From Adineta vaga (lineage: Eukaryota; Animalia; Rotifera), in NCBI GenBank assembly GCA_021613535.1, contig CP075494.1, forward strand, positions 5,084,001 to 5,148,000: a DNA stretch of 64,000 nt, given 5' to 3'. Position 1 is the first letter of the stretch; each line of letters begins with the position of its first letter. Under the pieces are notes generated by a model, which worked only from the letters and a program-made list of their open reading frames with translations, had not been told where the DNA came from and made no database searches. Below are positions 37,748-54,932 of this stretch, in pieces. The position numbers and the translations under genes were made by a program.

Positions 37748-40700
37748 ATGGATCAAGAATTATTTGATGATTATCTGAAGATATTCAGTCAATCGGAAAC
37801 CGAATATACAAGATATGCTACTGAAGCAATCTTATCAGACAAGGATGGTGATGATATTAGCTATTTTTTTCCTTTAAACACTTCTACTGAGTTAACAATA
37901 TCGAAAAATAAGTATTCAATTGGTAGTTCTAATGCAATAACTATCAAACGTATTCAAAATCATCTGACTCTATTAACTAAATCAATAACAATAGATGACA
38001 TTGAAACACAGATTAACAATGAATTGATCAATAATGTATTTTCTAAGATAGAAAATTTCCATAAAAATGCATTAAAACGAATAAATGATCGTACTGAAAC
38101 ACAGCAACAATTACAGACAGCTTTAACAATCAAAACACAAATTGAAAAGTCAACTGCAACATTAATCTTTTCACAAAACAACACTAATCAACAATTATCT
38201 TATTTTGCCATCAAATCCTTATCATCTATCTTATTAATTCTTATAAAATCTGCTCAAAAACATGATCCAGATATTATAGAAGAGATTTCAACATTAACCA
38301 GTCAGCTATGTGAACAACTTCCCATGAAATGTTTAACTTCATCATCAGATCATACTCTTCTATTAAATTCTTTGAAACCATTGATAAATTACTTTCAAGA
38401 ATTATTGTTGTCAAACGATTCAATTCGAGCTCGTCAAGCACGTATCATTCTATTAAATTTTGCTATTGCTAAAGGATCATTCAAAGACATTTTATTCTTA
38501 TTGACTGAAATGATATTTGATACAGACAATATGTATCGTGTAGGAGGCGTTCTCCTTCAATTAAATAATAACCTTCAAGAAAACAATACATTCATATCAA
38601 AAGATATAACAGGTACAAAAATTATTTGAGAGTGTATAGATGGACTAATCAAAGTTCTCATTTTCTACACTCTTTCCTATAATATAATAAGAATTTGTTT
38701 AGAAACAACTTCATTGGATTATCTTAAATCAATTGGAGAATATCCTGATTCAGAATTGACATATTCAAATGAGAAAATGTTAACAGGTCAATTGATCTCA
38801 TCAATTATTTTATCACATATCGAGTTAGATGATCAAATCTATTCATCAAAACGATTAGAACAAGGTTCACTTGAAAGTTCATTTTCATTCGAATTTCATC
38901 CAAACACATTTCATTTATTATTTGATCTTATCGAGCGATCAGCAACGCTATCAAGCACTGCCAATGCTCATATATTAACTGTTTGTTTAAGATTATTTAC
39001 TACACATCTCCGATTTCTCAGTGCTAGCCGAACAGACATACAGACATTTGCAAATGATGATCAATTAACTAAATGGTTTCATTTATTATTGAAATTCGCG
39101 TGTGATGAAAGTCAAAAATCAATATCTGTCACTGCATCCAAAGGTCTTGTAGATCTAATTAATCTACCTACATGGTCATTTATTCAAAAATTATCCTTTA
39201 TTCATCAATATATTGAAGAAAATCGATATAAAATACTACTAGAACAATTATTTATAGAACTAAATAGAGAGGAAACAATCATGGATTGGATTGAACTTTT
39301 ATGCAATAATAATGATGAGAAGATTTCAGATAAGACCAAAGCGTTGAACATATTATATTCATTCATTGATCACTATTCTATTTCCTTTGAAAAACAACGC
39401 ATACTCATGATTTTATCTTCATTCCATCAGTTGTTAATATATCGTTTAGTACCAGAATATGCTTCGTTTTCGACATCTTCTTTGTTTATTCAATATATTA
39501 CTCATCTATTTAAAAAATCAATTATGACTGATTTAATCAAGTCACTTCTTGCTTATTTACCATTGATGACGAAAACCAATACAACCTTTAATTTTAGTGT
39601 TATTCAACCGATTTTTGCAGCTATTTTACCATTATTATCTGACTTTCTTGTACTACAGATCAATCAAGATCAAAATCAACTTCGATTTATATCTTGGTTA
39701 ATAGGTAAAATGACACAAATCATGATCACAAGTTCATCCTTAGATTCATTAGAATCGAAACACATCGATAAACTTAAACTTATACTCTTTGCTAATGGTT
39801 GTGAAACATCTGTACCAAACCAAAATGAATATCTATCTCAATTATTTCAATCAAATCTTGCCATTTCTAGTGAAGTTCATCGAGACACTCAGGAAAAAAG
39901 ATCATCTACGGATGAAAAATTTCTACTCTCAATTTATAACAATATCGATGAAGGTGCACAATTAATATCTCGAATAAAGAAATATGCAAAAAATAAACAA
40001 CATTTATTACAAAAATCCATTGAACAACTAGCAAATGAATTAACTGCAGCCGTCTTTGCTGTATATATCAAACATTATCGTCGAATTAATCTTGCTCGAC
40101 GTGAACTATCTCAAACAGATGAAATAAAACCATCTATAAAGCTTCTTTCGATCTTTGATTATGCCAATCATGTTCAAACAGTATTAGCAACTATTAAAGC
40201 TCAAGATCGTGATTGTGAAGCATTTGCTAAACAGATTAAAGCGAAGACACTTGTTCTTTTGGAATCTGTCAAGGAAAGTAATGTTATTTCTATTACAAAT
40301 GAAGTATTAACATCAGCCTTCAAAGCTGTTCCTAAGAAAGAAGGATTTGCAGGTTTTGAACGACAACTTTCTCATGGAACACAAGCAAAACAAGCTATCG
40401 AATTACTTCAACAATTAATGGAAGCTTGTAATCGATTTCGAAAATCAATTGTAACAAAAAAACAAACATCCGACGTAAAAATTAATAACGAACATTTACT
40501 CAATCGTGCAATAGATCAATTTCTTTATGAAGATTTTTATAAAGTAAATACATCTGTTCCTAGTGAAACTACAGATGTAATGTTAAACGAACTTAAAAGT
40601 TGTCTTCATCGACAATACGAACGAGCGATAACGAGATTAATTACTTATCGATTTGCTCAACGCTTTGTTGAGAAACTTTGTAACTTAAACGATGAACAAT

Positions 40701-43700
40701 CTGTAAGGCTTATTTTATTTCATTATCTACCATATTTACGAAATTCAGAAGTCGAATGGTCATATCTCGAGAATATATATGCAGCAAATAATCAGCTACA
40801 AGATGAAATTCGAATGAATTATTATTTGATTATTAAAACGATTCTACAATCAACAATCTTTCAATCGATTCATATTCAACAACATGTATTCTATTTATCG
40901 AATATTAATTATAAATCAGTCGATATGGATCATCTACTTCCAGAAAAATTCTTTAAATCTGAAGATTTCGAGAAGAATGCAGTTTTGGATTTAAAATTAA
41001 CAACATTCAATTGGTTTCGATTATTTGCATTCAAATTATGTGAAAATATTCAGTTAGAATTATTTCGAGGGATAAATAATGAGAGATTAGAGCAACAACG
41101 GACGTTAGTTTTTGATAAATTCATATTAAATGAACTTCAAAAATGTCAACAAATGGATTTAGTAGAGAAATCAACAAATAATTCTTTAAAAAATATTTCT
41201 CTTGGTTGGTTTCATCGAGCGTTAACATCTGAGAAGGGCGAAATCGATCTTTATATCAATCAATATCTAGTTATTCTCTTTCGTTGTCTTCATTTCTATG
41301 AACATATTCAACAATTTTGTGCTACGATGGATTTTATCACAGAATTATTCAATATCTATCATCAAAGTAAACACAATATAACTCGTTTGCTCATATTGAA
41401 AATTACACGTGAATTAATTCCACGTCTATCACAAAAGATTGATCCAACAGCGATCATAATTGAAAAATTTATAGAAGAAATTCTCGTTACTATCGGACAA
41501 AACTTTATTGTTTCGTCAATCGAACCAGAAATAGTAACCGAATTGATAAATATCTATCGAACGATACTATCCAACAAATCTTTATGGCAAACGATGGCTA
41601 TTCAGATGATATGTAGCGCAATGAAAACAACTGAAATGAACAAAATCATCGCTTCACTTTGCATTTTAGGTGGATATATTTCACCATATTGTTTAAGTTC
41701 AATTATTAAAGTGTACAATGATGATGATTTTCGATTAGGATTGATTATCGATGTTTCTGATAATTCATCCTATACAGTTCAATGTCTTCAAACAAATCAA
41801 ATCGCATCAGTCAGTATTGACAAGATAGAACAAGAAATCGTTGTTGCACCTCCCGATCTTCTGATGTTACCAACTATAGATAATGAAGTGATTCATTCAG
41901 TACTTGATATATTAGGAAATTGGATACAATTGACAACGGAATCTTTAATAATGTTACAAATTAAACGTCGTGCTATTGCTGTACTTGCTCATATGTTAAC
42001 GAATCAAAGTATCATAGAGATTTTTATACAAAAACCATATGCAATTGCTCTTATTCAATTTGCAATTTCGGATTCATTATTATCAATACCTGATAAACTT
42101 CGACTATTCAATAAACAACATCTCGAACAATATTGTTTAAGTTTAGATAATTGTAATCAATGGAAAGATCAAGATATTACGAACGAAAAAACTAATTCAT
42201 CGAATAAATATAATCCATTAATAGTTAAAGCTTTATCTACATCAGTATTAAAATATAATGGTTGGAAACCATATGTATCAAACGATGAAATACAATTATT
42301 CAAAAAAGGTCGGTTAGGAAATGATGAAATACTTATTGTTTCTATGCCAAGTACTGCTGCAGATAGTACAGCAATGAAACCATGTGGAATGAATCATCAA
42401 TTCAATGGACGTGTTAATCCAACTAGTGATAATACATATGTTAGTCTTCCAACATTTGTTATTGACAATTTAAAAGTAAGCGAAGGAAATTGGTATTATT
42501 GTGTTCGATTACCGAAAGACGGTGTACAAATTGGTTGGGCAACGCATAAATTTAATCCTCGTGGTAATGATGGAAAAGGGCTCGGTGATGATCAGTACTC
42601 CTGGGCTTATGATGGATCGCGGGGACTTTTCTTAAATGATGGCGTATATGACAAACAATTTAATGATATTCGTTGGAATGAAAATGATGTTTGTGGTTGT
42701 GGAATTGAAATCGATGGTGAAAAGACGAATATCAAATATTGGCTCAATGGAAAACTTTTAGGAACAGCTTTTAAACATCAATCAAGGATTCCATCATCGT
42801 ATACTAATTGTGATTTGTTACCGAATGAACAAATAACACCTTTTTATCCGGGCATTACGTTACAACTTGCAGAACATCCATCGACCTACTGTGAATTTAT
42901 ATTTAGTCCCGAAGATATGCAACAATGCCCATTACCTGATGGATACAAACCTTTACTATTACCAAAACTAGTTGATACAGAAAATTCCATTGTCGCTTAT
43001 CCATTTAGTGCCTATTTAGTCGGTGATGAAACTAATGATTACATGTATACATCGCGAACAAAAGTATCAAACAGTCTTCTACGTGATTTTGTTCATGAAC
43101 GTCATCTTCAAACAGAATTTCTCCTTAATGATCAGTATTATCTAATTCTAACTGAAAATAGTACTGGTTTTCCAATATCTATGGACGAGGATGTAACATC
43201 ATTTACAATTGCATTTGATTTTCAAATTTCTACATCAGTGGAAATTATTTCACTTATTTCAGATGTGGCAGGAAATCTTATAGTAAAAATACCATTTAGT
43301 GATGAAGAAACACGTGTCGTACTTGTCTTTGATGGTAAAACAGAACAAACAAAAGTTTATATGAATCAAAACTGTCAAACATTTGAAACTTCATTTCCGG
43401 ATAAAACGATCAAGTTTTACTTGTTACCAAAAATCGAAGCAAGAATTCGAAATATTGGTATTTGGAAATACGCTCTACCTGAAGATCATGTTCAACGTTT
43501 CCTTTTGTACGGAATATTCTACGTAGCCACCGATTATCAACAGATGAAAGAATATCGAAAACGTGCAAATACATTTACCTTTGAGAAAAAAGAGTTTCCA
43601 AATGAAAGTCTTATTCCATTTGATCAATCATTTGAGAGAAATATCTGGAAACTAAAGCAAAAACAAGCGGATGCAAATGAAATCAAATACTTTTCAACTA

Positions 43701-46700
43701 CAGATTCATCAGTTCTTGAATTCTTCGGTAATAAAACTTATCTAGTATTAGAGAAATCGATAGAAACATGGTTTCAATACACTCTTATTCTCGATGTTTC
43801 CATACCAAAATGGCCGAATAAAGATAAACAATTATCACTCGTAACATTGAATGATAAAACACAGATTTTTATTACAAATAATGGTAAACTTTGTCTTCAA
43901 AACGAAAGAACAAATAATGAAGGTGAATCTGAAATAACCAACAACGAATTTTTTCGTCTCTGGATCTGTGTCGAAAATCAAAGCATTAAAATTCATATGA
44001 ATGAATCATTGGAGATTAATCTTGATACTGATGACGATCGATACGATGCAACATTAGATCATTTCGATTTCTTTCGAGAAATAAATCCAGAAAAAAATGA
44101 TACCGATGAAAATACCACGAGAGTTCAATGTCGGTCCATCACGTTTTTGAATCAAGCAAAGACGATCAGCGAAAAAATGCAAACGCCAGATCAATCACTA
44201 GAATCATTAATAACATCTCCTTTATCTGTTATTACACCGAATTTAATTGCTATTGGATACAAAAAACAATGGATTCAATCTGTAATTGAAGAATTCAAGA
44301 CAACAAATATACAAATGATAGATACCATTCTACGCGAACAAAAACAACGCTTTTTACAATTAGATACGGAAACACAACAAAACAACTATAAACAAATCTT
44401 ATCACGAATAACTCCAGAAATTGATTTTTCGAATACGATTGGTAATGGACAACTCAACAACATAGCTGAACGTATTTTAACGGAATGGACAGATGATAAA
44501 AATCAAAAAGAAACTAATGTGGATGATGATAATGATGATGATATTAAAGAAAATCAATGGTTCCATCGATCGATCAAGGGATTAGATATCACTGAGTCAT
44601 TAACAGAATGGCTTCAAGATCAATCAACAACAATATCGGAACCTGATATAATGCACCAATTATTTGATATAAATCAACAGACAGCTTATACAAAAAATCA
44701 CCAAAAATCAGTCTATTATACTCATCGAGATATTTCACAGGAGAGATATTTTGATCTACGTCTTGCTTGTGAAAATGCATTAGCAACAGTCTATGCTCGT
44801 GATACTATTCTCACTATACTTGAAGTTTGGTCGAACAATTCTACAACTCTATTTCCACTTGAAAAATTTGGTAATCCTTCTTTTATAATTCCACTCTTTC
44901 GATTAATGTCTGCAGATAAAAAGATCGATCGAATAAGTACAATACTATATTCAATCATCAAAAGTGAATACAAAGATTTGATTGAAAATCAGATGTATCG
45001 TCCAGAAAAGACTTTATTAATCATTCAATTACGAAATGAAATCGTTCTTCAATCACTTCGATTCTTATTTGAATCATCGTCATCTGAAGAGACTACGACA
45101 AAACCAATAATAAAAATTCTGAATATATTCATTAAATTATTCAAAGATAAATCCTTATTAAATGAAGATCAACTCGATCGTATTATTTCAGTATTATTTC
45201 CCACTCCGTTGATTAAAATACTGTTTGATCTATTTTTAAAAATTCATAATCATCAATCAAAAAATATTATTCTTCAACTTTTTACAACGTAAGTGAATAT
45301 ATGAAATTAGGACACAGGAATCGTACTAACAAATTTTTCTATTTTTGTATATTTTTTCCTCTGTAGACTTAGTCAAGCGAGTAGAAATTTCCAATTGAAT
45401 CGATCAATTCAAGATTTTTCAATCGAATTATTAATTACATTATCATCCGATGAATCGAAAACGAAAGATAATTTAACTAAATCTCTTCGACAAGCACTCA
45501 TGGATTTCGTATTTGTAATCTTTATGAAACAACACTCATCACGATTAACTGATTTACCACAAAATATTCGTGATCTATATACAGTTATTAATGTTATCAA
45601 TGCATTAATCGATCCAACTAAACAAGCACATTTACCAGAAATATTTTTCATACAATCAAAACATATTTTAGGTAATGTTCTTCAAATCAATCGCGATGAA
45701 TTCGACAAATGTCAAAAATACTTTAATTTCAACAGTGATCAACAATTGATTCATGCAATGAATAAAAGTCTCACACAAAATAGTTCATTTGGTGAATTTC
45801 TTCGTAATTTACCAACAGAATCAAATCCCAATGAAACTTTCTATCAGACGTATTTGTTCTTAGCAAATAATCCCACTGATAGCCTATTAATTCGAGCAAA
45901 ATTTTTATATCAATTGAATAAATTAATTGAAAAGATTCTTTCTATGGTTGACTTAAGTGTATTACCAGGTGAAAGTGTTCTCTCTGATCAAATCCGAGCC
46001 GTCAAAAGTTATCTATTAACGACAACAAAATTCGAATTATTCAAAGAATGTTTGGAGAAAACAGAAACTGATTATAATTATGATACACTTGAAATTAAAT
46101 TTGATACAGTTGAAGCTAGTTTAACAAATGAAAGATCGGATAATACGATGTTTCATCAAGCGTACCGACAGTTGCATGCCAATGCCCAAACAATCTTTCG
46201 AAGGTCAAATGAACAACTATGGCAATCACAATATGTGGGTATGCATAGTACTGATGCAGGTGGTCCTTATCGTGATTCTATAACTTGTATTTGTTCGGAT
46301 ATTTGTAGTGCACGATTACCATTATTTATTTTATGTCCAAATGGACGAACGAATAATGGATTAAATCGAGATTGTTGGATTCCAAATAGTTTTCCACCAA
46401 ATAAATCGATTCCGAATAAATTTCAAAAGCAATATCGATTCATTGGACAATTGATGGGTTTTGCTCTACGAAAGAAACATTATTTGAATTTAAAATTTCC
46501 GCCATTAGTTTGGAAACAGTTATTGAAAGAATCGATCACTGTTGATGATATTAAAGCTATTGATGTACAAAGTTTTGCGATGATTGATGAAATGGAAAAG
46601 AATATTGAAGAAGCAAAATCAATTGATACTGATAATCAAATGGATTATTTAGTTGGTACTCTCTTGAGTGAACTTCGATTTGATGTTGTTAGTTCAGCTG

Positions 46701-47395
46701 GAGAAACTTATGAATTGATTCCTGGTGGAATGGAAATTCAAATTACTACAAAGAATTTTCAACAGTATTGTACATTTTATCGTCATTATCGACTGAATGA
46801 ATTTTATCGACAAATAGAATTTATTCGTCAAGGATTGTCGAGTATTGTTCCATGTTATTATTTAAGTTTATTTACTGCTGATGAATTAGAAAAAGCCGTT
46901 TGTGGAGAAGGTGAAATTGATATACAATTGTTAAAACGAAATACTAAATATGAAAATGGTTTTACACAAGATTCGCCAGTAATTGAACGATTTTGGACAT
47001 TACTCAAAGATAGATTTAATGAAGAACAAAAAAGATTATTCCTAATATTTGTGTGGGGTCGAAGTATATTGCCTAATCGAGATGAAGATTTCACAACAAA
47101 ATTCACCATTACTACGTATGATGTTAATGATAGTGAAGTAGATAAAACACTTCCTCGTAAGTATAATTTTAGAAAAATAAATTTCAACTAATTTTACTAT
47201 ATGTTTTTAGAATCTCATACATGTTCATTTACCATTGATTTACCTCGATACTCAACAGTTGATATTATGTATGAACGATTAAATTATGCTATTACTTATT
47301 GCTCAAGTATTGATAACGATGGAACTATAAATGAAGTAGCAGAGACGATGAATTCTCAGCAGATGGATTCCAGTGATAACGATGATGAAGAATAA
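37748..47395 (+). CDS. Giant SPRY- and HECT-domain E3 ubiquitin ligase (~3141 aa; HERC/HECTD4-like architecture); exons 37748-38612, 38703-45288, 45367-47156, 47211-47395
   Basis: Exon sum is 9426 nt, in frame. SPRY (WYYCV..QIGWA..GLGDDQYSWAYDG..DVCGCG) and HECT (DAGGPYR..FIGQLMG..FVWGRS..SHTCSFTIDLPRYS, with the catalytic Cys). Confidence 0.9.
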
Positions 47396-47622
47396 AATAC
47401 ATTGATTCGATTATTTCAACATTTTTAATAACTAATTCAGAACTTATTTTTGATAATCTTATTTGTATACTTTTCGTTTTTCTCACTGATTTTTCACTTA
47501 TAATAATACAAGCGATGAACGCATCGTACTCGCCGTCATTCATGTCGTCACTGGAAACGACAAAAAATCTTGATCAATAAAGTTTTATTCACATACTATG
47601 CTCTATCTTTATTATAGTTAAC

Positions 47623-48630
47623 TCAATTACGAATATTATCTGCACATAAACAAGGAGCAGCATAATTAAGAAAACTATCGTGAATACCATTACTAAAATA
47701 ACTAAGAGCATAAGTACCGAAACGGATCAATCCACCTGTATCACTACCACGATTGCATGTTGCACCATCACGACGCTTTTTGAAAAAGTTATGAAAATTA
47801 CCATTGTACCAACGATTCCAATTTTTATCATTCCAATTTTTCCAATTCTGGATCTATTTCCAATTTTCTGCATCGCCAGTGTAGTACCAATCACGACATT
47901 TGTCGCATTTATTACAAAGACGACCGTTACAATCAAGTTGTTTGTATTTGTTGGGTGCAGCAAATTCTTGGTTTTCTATACATATATGATTAAATAGAGT
48001 ATTGATCTTTAGAATTGAAGGTGAGGATGTAAATACTACTTTTATACACATACTACACTTTAGTCTCTCGTTTTGTTTGAAAAACAAACGAAAAAGAAAA
48101 AGATTTACCATTTTGTGTTGTCGATGGTTTCTCAGAAATTGAACTATCTTTGTTTATTGTTAAAAAATGGTTCTCACTCATGAATATCATTAAGAAGATT
48201 TTGTGCATTAATTACATATTTTTTTAAATCAGAGCCATTCAATGAAACTTTAGTTTGACAGTCATTTTCAATCTCTTCCTTATAATTATCCACTGGAATT
48301 AAATAATTTTGATCCTGAAATTAACAGAGAAAGAATTTCAAATTATTAATCAAATCTATCCGACGATTTGCTCTATCTAAAATCAATCAATTCGGATAGA
48401 TTTTTTACAAACACGAGCGACTATAGAAACAAAATAGAATATCGTCAGCATTAGAAAAGAATAATTTGCATTTTTTGTTTGATGGAAAAAAACATATTTC
48501 TTCACATTTTATCTTTATCGGAATTTATTCATCATATATATTATGATGAATCATTATAACTATATCCTTTTCTTCTGCATTGTTCATTTCTTTATTCATC
48601 TTTTCGATTACTGCTTGTAAATGTTCACAA
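47623..48630 (-). pseudogene. Decayed gene for a small Cys/Trp-rich protein (CNGRLCNKCDKCRDWYYTG..NWKNW..CLC)
   Basis: Reading frame continues ~77 codons past an in-frame TAG at 47856-47854 (probable TGG>TAG) to TGA at 47623; upstream exon-like segments also contain stops. Confidence 0.5.
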
Positions 48631-48730
48631 GAAATGAACAAGTCACATTATATTTGACAGATGTTTAGATATTGCACTTTAAAAACATTCATAGAAAGAA
48701 AAAAGTACATGTTTAAACATTTACATATTG

Positions 48731-49558
48731 TTAAATAAATTGAAATATAATAAAAAGTGCCACGATGAAATGAACAATACATCCCACTAATCCTTCACCA
48801 TTAATTTTCCATTGTTCACCATCCATCAATCCTGGTGTATTCGTATAGATTGAACCTAATAATGAAGGATTGATTTGATTCCAAATAAAATGCATCATCG
48901 TCGGAGGAATCATTGAATACTGACATCGTATTGCAATCCATCCATATAGAATGGCTGAAATCCAGCATGATAAACATTGAACAATAATAGTTCGAATTGG
49001 ATATTGAACTTTACATTCTGAACGATATGATAATAGAATCATTACAGGCACATGATACAAACCCCAAACTAGTCCACTAATATTGAATGCAATAATTGGA
49101 TGAAAATGAATTAATAAACCCGGTAGAAGAAAAGATCGCCAACCGATTTCTTCTCCCAAAGCACGAATCCAACCGAAGAATAAATTACGATTATGTTCAT
49201 GTACTGATGAAAATAATTGATTTCGTTGTCGAAATGTTCCCCAACCGGTTAAGTAATTCATTAAACAACAAATAACTACGATAATAACAGGTAATAACAT
49301 ACTACATATTGACCAAAATAGGGTCGACCATTGTGGGTAAAGAAATAAAAATGAAACAAAACGAATGAATGAACGATGATATATATGAATACCGAATGCG
49401 AATACAGTTGGAAAAAACATCGCCAATGCAAGAAATATAAAAGAACGATGTCGATAAATATACACCCAAAATGCTGTACTAAATAATGTAAGGATTATAT
49501 GAACAAAGACATCAGTAAGCGATAGTGATGGAAATAGTAAAGAATCAGCCGTCATCAT
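48731..49558 (-). CDS. CPBP/Abi (type II CAAX protease) intramembrane glutamic endopeptidase, intronless
   Basis: Motifs GEEIGWR, WGLYH and MHFIWN; multi-TM; the C-terminal GE.GL motif resembles bacterial members. Confidence 0.88.
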   Translation of the reverse strand: MMTADSLLFPSLSLTDVFVHIILTLFSTAFWVYIYRHRSFIFLALAMFFPTVFAFGIHIYHRSFIRFVSFLFLYPQWSTLFWSICSMLLPVIIVVICCLMNYLTGWGTFRQRNQLFSSVHEHNRNLFFGWIRALGEEIGWRSFLLPGLLIHFHPIIAFNISGLVWGLYHVPVMILLSYRSECKVQYPIRTIIVQCLSCWISAILYGWIAIRCQYSMIPPTMMHFIWNQINPSLLGSIYTNTPGLMDGEQWKINGEGLVGCIVHFIVALFIIFQFI

Positions 49559-49876
49559 TACAAACTACCTTGATGTGTATCAGTCTCTAGTCATATCACA
49601 AAAAAGGTGAAATGTATAGGCGATAGTGATAAAATATACACGTGTTTATTGTTTTTCAGAAATGTCAGAAGACAGAAAATATTTTCATCATCAATTGAAA
49701 GAATGCGATAATACACCAACGCAATCTTGATGTTTCATTCGTTCTACACATGTAATTTGATCCTGAATGAAGAAAAAAATGACGTCATTATCTACACACA
49801 TACGCACATGTGTTAGTACTATAAAATCAAAGAAAGAAAGAAAAAATAGGCATTTCTCACGGCTCGAACACGACAG

Positions 49877-50465
49877 ATGATGGAAGTAAATAATCGTTTT
49901 CAATTATTTACTTCTATCACTGTGGACGAGGAGTTAGAAAAACCTGTTGTTACCAATCGCATTTCATCAAGTAGACGGAATCAATTAATTACTGTCAAAC
50001 AACAAGAACAACAGCCACCAAAAACTCAATGGGAAATACCAGAATATGTGGAAAAACCTATTCTATGTACACCAATGGTGAAAGAAAAAGCACCAGTAAC
50101 TAAACCGGTTAAGTGTAACAAAAAATCATCTACTAAGCAAAAAATCAAACCATCTGTCGACATTGACGAATATGAAGAACAAGAACAAGAAGAAGAAGAA
50201 GAAATACAAAGTTCGAATGTAATTTCAGAAGAAAATCAACCTATTCAATGGTCGTATCATCCACCACAACCTCACAAATTCAAACAAACAACATCAAGTA
50301 AATAAAATCTTACTTTATTTGATTTTGAAGCTGTTCTATGTTTAATTTCTTTTCTAAATAGATCATTCCAATCAAACAATGTCGAAATTTCCTCGAACAA
50401 TGAATGTCGTACCAAAACATATACCATCCAGAGGCAATACAAAAGCATGTACACATAAAATCTAA
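49877..50465 (+). CDS. Hypothetical low-complexity charged protein; exons 49877-50297, 50362-50465
   Basis: ORF with a GT-AG intron splicing in frame; divergent from the CPBP gene. Confidence 0.55.
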
Positions 50466-51583
50466 TCATTTCAATAGAATTATATGGACTTCATTAACGA
50501 AATGCTTGGATTTTCATGGATTTATTATTGATTATTTTTAAAAGAAAAAAGGATTAATTCTTTGTTGAATAAGACTTAAAGATGAAGAGATCATTCGCCA
50601 GAAGTGATTATAAATGAAAAAATATTTTCTATTAGAATACAAATTAATTTGATGTTACAAACGAAAGAAATAAACTTCTATTTAAATGAGAAAAGTTAAA
50701 AATAGTATATCTGTCATTTTATGAATGTTCGATAGAAATCATTTTGTTAATCATTTGAACCCCACATACAATCATTATATGATACCATACGTAATCAATT
50801 GTACGCAAATCATTTTGAGTGTCATCTGTATGATTTAAATATATGTCGAACTATAAATACTATACGAGTTTATTTCAATGTATTCAATTCAAGCTGATGA
50901 AGATTATTACTGATTTTCCTGACGTTTTCGTAGTATTTTCTTACATTTGATTCTCATCAATATCGAGAAAATACAAGTGAAATTAATAAATCGAATCACC
51001 TTAAATTGTAGTTGTTATTTGAAATTGTTAAGGGAATGATTTGTAGCGATATTATCTCTACTGTTAATGTCTGAAATGAGAGTGCAATCTTGCCTGTTAT
51101 TTGTAAATCTTTTCGCTGTGGCTCTTTGTTGAAACGTTTCAAATATGTTATAGATGCTATTTAATGAACAGATATTTAAACAATCTGAGGAAAGTTTTTG
51201 ATGGACAATTGAGTTACATATCGTCAGTTTGTAGATCATATTTGATATAATTGAAGCAATATGAACAAAGATCAATGAACTAATCGCATCGTATAACGAT
51301 CTGACCTGTAATTATATGTTGAAGATTCATGATTGTGTGTAAGAACACGTTTGAAATCAAACCATAATTAATATCTTCATTAATCAGTATACTTTTATGT
51401 ATATAATATCATAAATTAATGATAAACAAAGTTCAGAAAACATCACACTAAATTCCCTGAATTTATCTTCATCGAAAAGTCGATAATCGTAATCTAGATA
51501 AAAAACAATTTTAGAACGGGAATCTACTTTTGAATGGTAGCAAATATGAGGAGAATAATAAACAACTGTGTTTCAAATTAAAT

Positions 51584-54141
<2,558 letters not shown>

Positions 54142-54932
54142 TGGTATTCAATGCATCAAAGAGAAACTTGTTCTTTTCTTTTGTTATCGAAATAATAAAA
54201 ATATAACCTTTTTATTTCTCATTTCAATCATAGTATCGATTACTATAGGCAAGGAATAGGAAAATGACGTATGTAGAAGTCACGTTTAGTTTGATAAAAA
54301 AAAAAAGAATAATATTTCAAATTACGCAAAGAAGATGGGAGAAGCCAACCATCAATATTGATCGAGATTGTCATTAACAATGAAAAGTATATTGATTTAA
54401 ATAAAAATGCAATGATATCAACGAATCCTTCGCCATATATCAAACGAAAACTCGTTTACATTTAAATGAATGACTATATCACAGGTCATTCATCAGATTG
54501 TTTTTCACTGATGGCACGTGTTTGATTCTGTTTCATATGCAATTCTAGCATTTATCAAATTTATCAACAAATAATACATCAATCACATATAGTCATGGTG
54601 ATGACAAGTTCAACCTGTAAACAAGATTGATCTAACGTTTCAATATTTTGTTATGGATTTGATTTAATTTACCGTCTACTTATTTCACTCTTCATTTTCA
54701 GATTAAGTAGTATAGCTCTATATATTCGTGTTATTTATCAAAACGACGAGTTCAGTAAAAGATGACTCTTCTTTGTGTAGCTGGATGGTTACTTAACATA
54801 AAATATTCAAACATTTCTTGATTCATCATTTTTGCTAATAGACTTGAATCGATTCGTTTTTTTTCAATCTATCTGGTTTAGGTACAATTCGAAAAAAGAT
54901 AGTAAGATTATTTTATTGTTAAGCATTGATTT

